Assembly (NCBI GenBank): GCA_963676615.1
Contig: OY781092.1
Span: 768,001-832,000 of the forward strand
Direction of reading: 5' to 3'
Length of the DNA stretch: 64,000 nucleotides
From: Candidatus Cloacimonadota bacterium
GTDB lineage: Bacteria > Cloacimonadota > Cloacimonadia > G963667145
In this document: positions 56,635-64,000 of the stretch, piece by piece
How the letters are laid out: each line of letters begins with the position of its first letter
How positions within the stretch are numbered: the stretch's first letter is position 1
Notes under the pieces: generated by a model
The model's input: the letters and a program-made list of their open reading frames with translations, nothing else
The model's database searches: none
Told to the model about the DNA's origin: nothing
Position numbers and translations under genes: made by a program

Positions 56635-57807
56635 TTACTTTTTCGTTTTTAACTCTTGAATAAACTTCTCGCCGATTTCTTGCAATGCGTCCGCAGACGG
56701 AATATACTGCTGGCGAAAAGAGCCCATCAACTCAAAATTCATTTTTTGCAAAGCGTCCTCGACAATCTTCACGCTCTGTCCGCCCCAGCCGTAGCTACCG
56801 AAAGCCAATCCGATGCGATTTTTTGGCGCAAGTCCGCTCAAATAACACAAAAACGAGGCAACTGTCGGCAAAATATTATTGTTCAAAGTCGGCGAACCCA
56901 CGCAAATATAGCGCGCATCCACCAGCTTGGTCATTATATCCGAAATGTGCGTGCACTGCAAATTCACCAACTCCACAGAAATATTTTCTTCCTCAAACTT
57001 GTCCACCAAAACTTCCGCCATCTTTCTGGTCGAGCCCCACATCGTGTCATAAACCACCACCGCTTTATCGCTAGTGGCGTTGGCAGACCAATCGACATAA
57101 GCCCCCACAATCTTGCCAATATGCTCGCTCCACACAACGCCGTGACTCGGGCAAATATACTCAATCGCCAAATCTTTCGCCGCCAAAAGCGCCTTTTGCA
57201 CCTGCGCACCATACGGCAAAACGATATTCGCATAATACTTTTTCGCCTCCGACATCAGCAAACCCAGCGGATAATCCCGATCGAGCCTTGGCAAACCCGC
57301 AATGTGCTGCCCAAAAGCGTCGTTCGAAAAAAGCACCTTCTCCTGCGGACAATACGAAAACATATTATCCGGCCAATGCACCATCGGCGTCTGCACAAAC
57401 TGCAAACTCCGCTTGCCCAGCGACAACTCATCTCCGCTAGCCACCAACCGATAGCTCCAATCTCCGCTAAAATGCTTCTCCAGACCCGCTTTCCCCGCAT
57501 TATTGGTAACAATCGTCGCGTTCGGCGCCCACTGCATCACCTGCGGCAAACTCCCCGAATGATCCATCTCCACATGATTGACCACCACATAATCTATCTT
57601 CTTGGGGTCGATCACGCTCTGCACCCTCTCCCACAGTTGCTTGCTCGCCGTCGCCTTTACCGTATCAATCAGCGTAACCTTCTCATCCACAATCAGATAC
57701 GCGTTATACGACGAACCCTTTTGCGTCAAATATCCGTGAAAATTCCGCAAATCCCAATCAACAGCTCCAACCCAATAAATTCCCTCTTTGATTTTTTTCG
57801 CCTTCAA
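56635..57807 (-). CDS. fprA: Flavodiiron protein (FprA/ROO type)
   Basis: IYWVGAVDW, SYNAYLI, NHVEMDHSG, HWPD, FSNDAFGQH, PSHG, YDTMWGST, FGSYGWGG. TTG at 57807 follows GGGAGAG. Confidence 0.93.
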   Translation of the reverse strand: MKAKKIKEGIYWVGAVDWDLRNFHGYLTQKGSSYNAYLIVDEKVTLIDTVKATASKQLWERVQSVIDPKKIDYVVVNHVEMDHSGSLPQVMQWAPNATIVTNNAGKAGLEKHFSGDWSYRLVASGDELSLGKRSLQFVQTPMVHWPDNMFSYCPQEKVLFSNDAFGQHIAGLPRLDRDYPLGLLMSEAKKYYANIVLPYGAQVQKALLAAKDLAIEYICPSHGVVWSEHIGKIVGAYVDWSANATSDKAVVVYDTMWGSTRKMAEVLVDKFEEENISVELVNLQCTHISDIMTKLVDARYICVGSPTLNNNILPTVASFLCYLSGLAPKNRIGLAFGSYGWGGQSVKIVEDALQKMNFELMGSFRQQYIPSADALQEIGEKFIQELKTKK

Positions 57808-57835
57808 TTTCTCTCCCTTTTCAATCAATATTTCG

Positions 57836-58675
57836 TCAAAAAACAAGCTGGCTACTCGCCTTTTTCGCCTCTAGGCTCTGACAAACAGGGCAAAAATATG
57901 TGCCTCTGCCAGCGATATCTATCTTTTGCAAACGATGCCCTTTGGGGCAACTTTTTTTTTGATAAACCTGCAAAAAATTTTGGAATTGCCCAGTTTTATC
58001 GTCAATATTCCGAAAATCGCTAACCGAAGTGCCGCAACAATCGATTGCCTTGCTCAAAACCTTGCGCATAACCGCCAAAAGCTCCCGCACTTTCTTTTTG
58101 CTCAAACTCCCCGCAGACGCCTTTGGATGCACGCCAATTCGATACAAAATCTCGCACGCATAAATGTTGCCAATCCCTGCAATCAGCTCCTGATTTAGCA
58201 AAAAGCTCTTGATAGCGACCTTTCTGCTGTGCATCATCGCGGCAAGAGAGTCAGCCGTCAAGCCTTTATCAAACGGGTCAAGCCCCAATTTCGCAATCCC
58301 TGGCACTTTATCGCCGCTATTCCAAAAATCTAGCCGCGCAAAACCTCGCACGCTATAAAAAAGCAAACTGCCTCCATCGGCAAAACAAAATTCCGCTCGC
58401 AAACCGCTTGGCTTCCGCGGCTCACTCGCCGCTGCCCAAACTAACTTTCCCGTCATCCGCAAGTGAATCACCGCCATTACGCCGCTATCAAAACCGATGA
58501 CGATAAACTTCCCTTTCCGCTCAATCGACTGCACCTTACCCAAACTCTGCAAATCCGCATCAGCTCGATTCTCGACGCTACTCGGGCAAACAATCCGCAA
58601 CTGCCGCACACTTCTGCCCAAAATCTTCCCCTGCAACTGGCTGACAATTGTCTGCACTTCTGGCAACTCTGGCAC
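57836..58675 (-). CDS. mutM: Formamidopyrimidine-DNA glycosylase
   Basis: MPELPEV, RKGK, HLRMTG, GIGNIYACE and a C-terminal zinc finger (C..GH...RGTYFCPVCQ). Confidence 0.95.
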   Translation of the reverse strand: MPELPEVQTIVSQLQGKILGRSVRQLRIVCPSSVENRADADLQSLGKVQSIERKGKFIVIGFDSGVMAVIHLRMTGKLVWAAASEPRKPSGLRAEFCFADGGSLLFYSVRGFARLDFWNSGDKVPGIAKLGLDPFDKGLTADSLAAMMHSRKVAIKSFLLNQELIAGIGNIYACEILYRIGVHPKASAGSLSKKKVRELLAVMRKVLSKAIDCCGTSVSDFRNIDDKTGQFQNFLQVYQKKSCPKGHRLQKIDIAGRGTYFCPVCQSLEAKKASSQLVF

Positions 58676-58684
58676 AGCCCGCTC

Positions 58685-59122
58685 CTATTTCCGCTCCGAT
58701 TTGCGCTGCTCAGCCAAACAATCTTTACAAATCCCTTTAAAAACCAAATTGTAGTCGTGAATTTTGTGTCCTTGCAACAGCTCAGCCCCCCGATACACAT
58801 AGTTTTCATCAACATCAAAAACGCGCCCGCAACGCTCACACTTGAAATGCCCGTGCGCATTGCGATTAAAATCAAAATGCTCTCGACCGTCCGAACCGCT
58901 GATAGATTTGATAATCTTCTTACCTTCCAAAAGCTCCAGCACATTATAAACGGTCGTTTTCGACAAAGTCGGCAGCTGCTTTTTCACCGCCAGATAAATT
59001 TCCTCCACTGTCGGATGAACGCGATGCAGATCCAAAAATCGCAAAACACACACCCGCTGAATAGACGGCGAAATCTGCTTCTTTGCCAAAATATCGGTAT
59101 ATTTATCCATCGACTCTGTCAT
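58685..59122 (-). CDS. Fur-family regulator, PerR-like
   Basis: HPTVEEIY, LSKTTVYNVL, HGHFKCERCG...GICKDC. Heads a peroxide/oxygen-defence operon. Confidence 0.88.
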   Translation of the reverse strand: MTESMDKYTDILAKKQISPSIQRVCVLRFLDLHRVHPTVEEIYLAVKKQLPTLSKTTVYNVLELLEGKKIIKSISGSDGREHFDFNRNAHGHFKCERCGRVFDVDENYVYRGAELLQGHKIHDYNLVFKGICKDCLAEQRKSERK

Positions 59123-59183
59123 TTTTTTCTCCAACTTAACCCTTGCTCTCCAACCTTATTTTTACACAATAGTTGTCAATATA

Positions 59184-59204
59184 AATTTGTAATTACTACA
59201 AATT
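59184..59204. promoter_or_regulatory. PerR/Fur-box-like palindrome
   Basis: AATTTGTA-ATTAC-TACAAATT. The core TTGTAATtACTACAA resembles the 7-1-7 TTATAATnATTATAA Per box and lies about 60 bp upstream of the regulator. Confidence 0.7.
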
Positions 59205-59274
59205 GCTTTTGTCTGAAAAAAAACAGCCCACCAAAGCTTTTTACTTTAGCAGGCTAAGACATTTTACTACTCCC

Positions 59275-60006
59275 CTAATTCCTTGCAAATCCAAGTATTT
59301 GCGGATAAGTTCTGGGAACTTTTAGCGGATAGGTTTGCGCAAGTTCTTCCTCAGAAGGAGTTCCGTCGTTTTTGCATTTTTCGCCTTTCATCTCGTCCCA
59401 AATCTCTTTGGTTAGCGAAAAAGTCGGACCACCGCCAAGCTCGTGGCAAAGCCCAAATCCGTTGTCGTAAAGGTCGGACTTGTTCATAAGGCCATACTCG
59501 CCCATCCATCTGCGAAAACCGATTGTGCTCTCGGCGACGATCAGCACCTCTTTTTCGCCCAAGTTGTCCAAATGATGCTCCATCTTCGCAGCCAAAAGGT
59601 GCGCTCCCGCTCTCACTCCGCGCTTCAAAGCCAAAGTGTGCAAACTCATTCCCACATCTTTGTTTTTGTGTCGAGAAGTCACAATCCCCACCAACTCGCC
59701 GTCCACAGTGCCCACGATAACAAAACAGTTCGCCACTCTCTTGCGATACCAGCCCAAAATCTCGCTATACACGCGGCACGCCACGATATCATACCAATCT
59801 TGCGGCACAAACATCAGCGGGCGAACCGCCTCCAAAAGCTGATTGATATCGTCGAAAGTCGCCTCTCGCACAACCATCACTTTACCGTTTTTCAGATTTA
59901 TCTTTTTCGGCGGATACGGCTTCATCTCTGGGGCTTTTGGCGAATCCAAAAGCGCTTCCAACTCCTGCATACTCGGCAGATTATCTCTATTTACTCTAGT
60001 CGGCAT
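59275..60006 (-). CDS. GNAT-fold protein of unknown substrate
   Basis: MVVREAT.DD, VGTVDGELVGIV, HTLALKRG.RAG. Last gene of the fdrA operon. ATG at 60006 after GGAGAG. Confidence 0.6.
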   Translation of the reverse strand: MPTRVNRDNLPSMQELEALLDSPKAPEMKPYPPKKINLKNGKVMVVREATFDDINQLLEAVRPLMFVPQDWYDIVACRVYSEILGWYRKRVANCFVIVGTVDGELVGIVTSRHKNKDVGMSLHTLALKRGVRAGAHLLAAKMEHHLDNLGEKEVLIVAESTIGFRRWMGEYGLMNKSDLYDNGFGLCHELGGGPTFSLTKEIWDEMKGEKCKNDGTPSEEELAQTYPLKVPRTYPQILGFARN

Positions 60007-60054
60007 TTTTCTCTCCTCTTCCTTAAAAATCGTTTTAACTCTAACCAATATTTT

Positions 60055-60873
60055 TTACTTCGGCTCTAGGGCAATAATGCGGCACATCGACGACTCCATC
60101 TCGATTCCACGCAGCGGGAAAAGTCCGAGCCACACTCGCTTGCTGCCCAATTCGTTCAGCTGTCCGCCCAAATTCTCCGCATGCACCAAACCTTTTGGAA
60201 ACAGCTGCAAATGCATCACTTGATAATACTCGTCCAGCGGAAAAAGTTCGTCCCACTCTTTGCCATACTTTTGCTTCATCAAAGCGTTCGCCTTGTCGAA
60301 ATCTTTGGGATGCCAATTTCGGATAATCGTATTCATCGGGTGATCGGCAGAGCCAGCATCGACGCCAATCCACTTGATTTTTTTGTCCAAAGCCCACTTG
60401 TGAAATTCAGGAGAAGGTCCGGGATGTCGCACGAAATACCGCAGCTCGTCGGACTCTGGCTGATCCCAGCCGTAGCGATTGTAGCCAGTGTTGATAATCA
60501 AAATATCGCCCTCTTTCACCTCGACTTTTTTCTCGATCATCTCGGGAGTGTAGAGCCCGTAATCTTCCACATCGTCGGAAATATCGGCGACAGCGGCGTC
60601 TCCAACCCAAAAATCCATCGGCGTGTTACCGATTGTGCGTCCAGCGGCAAAAAAATGAATTTCGCCATCAATATGCGTGCCGACATGATTGGAAGTGTGC
60701 ACAATCTGCCCGTTCGCGCCTTGCCCTTGGTGTGCCCCAGCAATCCTCTTGAAATACTGCAACCCAAGCGGCATATAGCTCGGCCACGGCGGCGTGTGAA
60801 TCGACAGCCGCATCGTCAAGTCATACATCTTAATATCGTTTGCCATCATCTTCATAAATTCTTGATTTGTCAT
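60055..60873 (-). CDS. Cyclase family metal-dependent amidohydrolase (KynB-like)
   Basis: YDLT, NHVGTHIDG (HxGTHxD), GDILIINTG, GVDAGSADHP, HAENL. Confidence 0.88.
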   Translation of the reverse strand: MTNQEFMKMMANDIKMYDLTMRLSIHTPPWPSYMPLGLQYFKRIAGAHQGQGANGQIVHTSNHVGTHIDGEIHFFAAGRTIGNTPMDFWVGDAAVADISDDVEDYGLYTPEMIEKKVEVKEGDILIINTGYNRYGWDQPESDELRYFVRHPGPSPEFHKWALDKKIKWIGVDAGSADHPMNTIIRNWHPKDFDKANALMKQKYGKEWDELFPLDEYYQVMHLQLFPKGLVHAENLGGQLNELGSKRVWLGLFPLRGIEMESSMCRIIALEPK

Positions 60874-60895
60874 GATTTTCTCCTTTTTTCTTAAT

Positions 60896-62332
60896 TTATT
60901 TCGCATATTTTTCGGCAAAAGCTGCAAGTGCCTTGGTAAAACAGCTCATCGGCGGCTCCACCAAACCAGCTCCCACCATTCCTATTCCAGGCGTTTTGTG
61001 AGCAATGCCCGTGTTAATCGCAGGCAAAATGCCCGTTTCAACTACTTTCAGCAGATTTATTCCCGTCGGCGTTCCACGAAAATCCAAAATCGGAATCTGA
61101 AAAATGTTGTTTTCGCCATCGGTAATCTCATACATTTTTTTGGTGAAATTTAGCGCGTCTTCGGGGCTGCCACCGACGAACTTCACAATCGCTGGAGCAG
61201 CCGCCATGGCAAAGCCGCCAAAGCCAGCGGTTTCGGTAATCGTCGAATCGCCAATATCTCGCGCGGCGTCGTCCTCGGTGTAGCCTGGCAAATACAAGCC
61301 GTCCACAATCGGTGCCTGATCAACGAACCACGCATCGCCAAGCCCAGAGACACGAATGCCAAAATCTGTGCCGTTGCGCGCCAAAACAGTCACAATCGTC
61401 GAACCTTCGATATTATGAGCAGAATCGATAATCGCTTTCGCCGTCGGCATCGACAAGTTCAAGAAGAAATGGTCGTTCTCGTTGAGAAAGTCGAAAACCG
61501 CAGCTACATCTTTTTTGCTATAATTTTCCAGCTTGACCAAACTGCTGGCAAGCTCCCGAATCACGATAGAAGTTCCCGCGCGGTTGCGGTTGTGACCCTC
61601 GTCGCCCATCTGCAAAACTTGTGCGATAATGTTTTTCATATCCAGTGGTCCGTGCGCGCGCAAAGCGTCTTTCAGCACAGGCGCCAAAACATCTTTCATC
61701 CACTGCAGCCGCTGGTTGACCTCCTGCCCATAAGCGCCGTAGCGAAGCACCTTTCCAAGCCCCTCGTTCAGCGTCGCATAAGAGTAGTTGCCAAAAGTTT
61801 CGTTCTTGACGATCCAAACCGGCATACTCGGCGTTACGATGCCCGCCATCGGTCCGACAGTGCTGTGATGATGACACGGCTCAAACTTAATCTGTCCAGA
61901 AGCCGCAAGCTTTTCCGCCTCTTCGGGCGTTTTTGCCCAACCTTCAAAAATAATACCACCAATCACCGCTCCACGAGTCGGTCCGCTCATCCTCTCCCAG
62001 CTGACTGGAGGTCCAGAATGCAAAAACATCTTCTCCTGCATCCCAGGAATGTCCTTCAGTGCAACGCCAATATCCATCAGCACTGGCTTCGACTTCATAA
62101 TATTTTCAATCGCCTTGGCGTTCGCCGCCTGCACATCGACTTTGCACGAGGCTATCGCATCCAACATCGCCACCAACTTCGCATCGCCACCAGCAGGCGG
62201 CTTCCACGCCACCTGCACAGCCCTGACGCCCTGCTCCCGCAAATTGTCCGCAAAACTCTCCAGCCCCAAATTCGCCACAACCAAATCTTGCTCAAACAGC
62301 TGATTTATCGGTCTAACATCCATTTTACTCAC
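60896..62332 (-). CDS. DUF1116 / YlbE(AllG)-like protein with an N-terminal FdrA-tail-like domain
   Basis: NLGLESFA...WKPPAGGD, LHSGPP, PCHHH..VGPMAG, LNEGLGKVLRYGA, MGDEGHNRN, DIGDSTITET. Confidence 0.88.
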   Translation of the reverse strand: MSKMDVRPINQLFEQDLVVANLGLESFADNLREQGVRAVQVAWKPPAGGDAKLVAMLDAIASCKVDVQAANAKAIENIMKSKPVLMDIGVALKDIPGMQEKMFLHSGPPVSWERMSGPTRGAVIGGIIFEGWAKTPEEAEKLAASGQIKFEPCHHHSTVGPMAGIVTPSMPVWIVKNETFGNYSYATLNEGLGKVLRYGAYGQEVNQRLQWMKDVLAPVLKDALRAHGPLDMKNIIAQVLQMGDEGHNRNRAGTSIVIRELASSLVKLENYSKKDVAAVFDFLNENDHFFLNLSMPTAKAIIDSAHNIEGSTIVTVLARNGTDFGIRVSGLGDAWFVDQAPIVDGLYLPGYTEDDAARDIGDSTITETAGFGGFAMAAAPAIVKFVGGSPEDALNFTKKMYEITDGENNIFQIPILDFRGTPTGINLLKVVETGILPAINTGIAHKTPGIGMVGAGLVEPPMSCFTKALAAFAEKYAK

Positions 62333-63878
62333 CTACCTTTTCCATAATCTTCTGCGCCAACATTGATGCCTGATAATTCGAGGGCATCACCACAACGCCA
62401 ATCGACTCCAGCTTTCGTTTTTGCTCGGCGAAATTTTGGTAATCGCCCTTCGTTCCTGTGATAGACGCCACAATCGACAAAAATCCGCCACGCTCCAGAG
62501 CCTTATCTTTGGCAAACTTCAGACTCTGCAAAATCGCTCCAGCAGGATCAGGATGCGAGCCATAGCCGATGACGACATCCAAAAGCATCACCGCCACTTG
62601 CTCGTCCTCTGCCTCCGCCAAAATCCGATCGTCGCGCGTTCCCGGCTCAATCATCGGGTGCGGTCGCCCATTGGTAAAAACATCTTCGCCCAAATCGACG
62701 ATGGTGTGATTTGTCGATACGAAAGGATTTTTCAGAACGAAATTTTTGTCCGAATGATCAAACGAAAAAACTCCTCCCAAACTATCGTTAAGCAAAATAA
62801 GCGCCTCGTCGGCGAGCGTGCCGCCAGTGTATAACCCTCGCAAAAATTTCTGCTTCTTGCTCATTTTCGCCGTTTGTTGCCCCACAATCTGCTCGATTTC
62901 GCTCATCGGCGCGCTAAAGACCTCACGCGAGAACTCTTTTCCTTCCGCCAAAGCGACCGCCATTTTGGCTGCCTCCTCCAAATTTTCTGCAAAATGCAAA
63001 TTCGCCTCATCTTCGCCACTAAGCCCAATAAAATGCACCACACAAGGCTTGCCCGTCTCTTGCAGAGCTGCGATAACTTTTTTGGCAACAGACTCAGCTG
63101 GCGGTTTGGAGACGATGCAAATCACCTTCGTCTGCGGATCGTTCTGCAGCGCCTTTATCCCCATAAGCATCATCGTGCCGCCGACCTCTTGACTCTTGAG
63201 GTCTCGTCCACCTGTGCCAATCGCCTGCGAAACGCCAGAGCCGAACTTTTGGATGCTGCAACTTATCTCCTGCAGACCCGTTCCCGAAGCTCCCACAAGC
63301 CCGATCGCGCCTTTGTTCACCACATTCGCAAAACACAACGGCTTCCCGTTGATAATCGCCGTTCCGCAATCTGGACCCATCATAAGCAGCCCTTTCTCTT
63401 TCGCCAATTTTTTCAGCGAAATCTCGTCTTTTAGCGAAATATTATCCGAAAAAAGCATCACATGCTTACCGCTATTCAGCGCCTTGCGAACCTCCGCTGG
63501 CGCAAAAGCTCCCGGCAGCGAAATAACCACCATATTTATGTCCGCATAAGTTTTAATCGCCGCGCTCAAAGTCGCAGGCTTGTAGCCATCGCTCTCCTCT
63601 GCAGAACCTTTTTCGGTCAATTTCTTTTTGGCAACCTCCATCGCTTGCGACACGACCTGCGCATCTTCCGCCTCAATGGCGATGATCAAATCGTTGGCAG
63701 TGGCGCTCTTCACCGCATCGTTTATCATCTGCAAATCGCCCAGCAAATCCAAATTCATCGGCGTTCCCATCGCCACAACCGCCTGAGTAACCCCGTCGAT
63801 TTTCTTGATTTGGCGATTTATCAACATCAGCACCACCGAATCGAAATACGAATCTTTTTCGACATAAATCTCTTTCAT
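62325..63878 (-). CDS. fdrA: FdrA (AllF) acyl-CoA synthetase-like protein
   Basis: YFDSVVLM, MGTPMN, FSDNI, MGPDCGT, ASGTGLQE, GTGGRDL, GRPHPMIEP, DVVIGYGSHPDPA. Confidence 0.92.
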   Translation of the reverse strand: MKEIYVEKDSYFDSVVLMLINRQIKKIDGVTQAVVAMGTPMNLDLLGDLQMINDAVKSATANDLIIAIEAEDAQVVSQAMEVAKKKLTEKGSAEESDGYKPATLSAAIKTYADINMVVISLPGAFAPAEVRKALNSGKHVMLFSDNISLKDEISLKKLAKEKGLLMMGPDCGTAIINGKPLCFANVVNKGAIGLVGASGTGLQEISCSIQKFGSGVSQAIGTGGRDLKSQEVGGTMMLMGIKALQNDPQTKVICIVSKPPAESVAKKVIAALQETGKPCVVHFIGLSGEDEANLHFAENLEEAAKMAVALAEGKEFSREVFSAPMSEIEQIVGQQTAKMSKKQKFLRGLYTGGTLADEALILLNDSLGGVFSFDHSDKNFVLKNPFVSTNHTIVDLGEDVFTNGRPHPMIEPGTRDDRILAEAEDEQVAVMLLDVVIGYGSHPDPAGAILQSLKFAKDKALERGGFLSIVASITGTKGDYQNFAEQKRKLESIGVVVMPSNYQASMLAQKIMEKVGE

Positions 63879-64000
63879 CTCACCTTCCTTTCGTTAAAAA
63901 TTATCATCACCCAACAAAATCCGCACGCAAAATCTGTCCCCGAAGTAGAACCAAAACTAAAAATTTTCTTGTCCAATCTTCCGCTCGCCCAATTTTTTGC
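63875..64000 (-). CDS. C-terminus of a DUF2877 / YlbF(AllH)-like protein (partial)
   Basis: Manual translation ...KKIFSFGSTSGTDFACGF...KVR*, matching the G.TSG.D...G motif. The TGA overlaps the fdrA ATG (ATGA). Confidence 0.7.
   Translation of the reverse strand, partial: AKNWASGRLDKKIFSFGSTSGTDFACGFCWVMIIFNERKVR

Noticed and set aside
200..63549. Numerous long plus-strand ORFs (e.g. 43828-45954, 56656-58023, 28714-30123, 30451-31851, 12012-13127)
   Set aside because: They are antisense shadows of well-supported minus-strand genes and show no recognisable motifs.
63875..64000. Possible frameshift in the DUF2877 C-terminus
   Set aside because: On re-reading, the minus strand gives TCG GGG ACA GAT, which keeps GSTSGTD in frame.

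Overview
Bacterial chromosomal window from a probably anaerobic diderm. The rubrerythrin/SOR/flavodiiron cluster, outer-membrane barrels and lipoproteins fit an FCB-group affiliation such as Cloacimonadota, but this is not established. Almost all genes are on the minus strand. The housekeeping backbone is mazG (partial), asnS, argCJ-argA-like-argB-argG, a lone atpG, dapB, dxr, smpB, guaAB, an amidase, lysS, tsaE, thrC, dinB and argDF. Accessory parts: (i) an AT-rich N4-C methyltransferase / AIPR / TdeIII-family endonuclease cassette inserted inside the arg operon; (ii) an inverted, AT-rich BMP-type nucleoside ABC operon bracketed by an exact 18-bp direct repeat that includes the dapB stop codon; (iii) a ~5,000-aa surface lipoprotein with about 47 Listeria/Bacteroides repeats, an apparently active GH19 chitinase, a catalytically degenerate GH18 and a chitin-binding-like module, flanked by an intact and a catalytically dead M30-like peptidase lipoprotein paralog; (iv) a ~670-bp non-coding, highly palindromic element with two 125-bp direct repeats between dinB and thrC; (v) a PerR-box-preceded perR-mutM-fprA-SOR-rbr-rubredoxin operon; (vi) a DUF2877-fdrA-DUF1116-cyclase-GNAT catabolic operon. 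No rRNA, tRNA, CRISPR array, integrase or transposase was recognised. All family assignments come from motif recognition by eye, without database searches.
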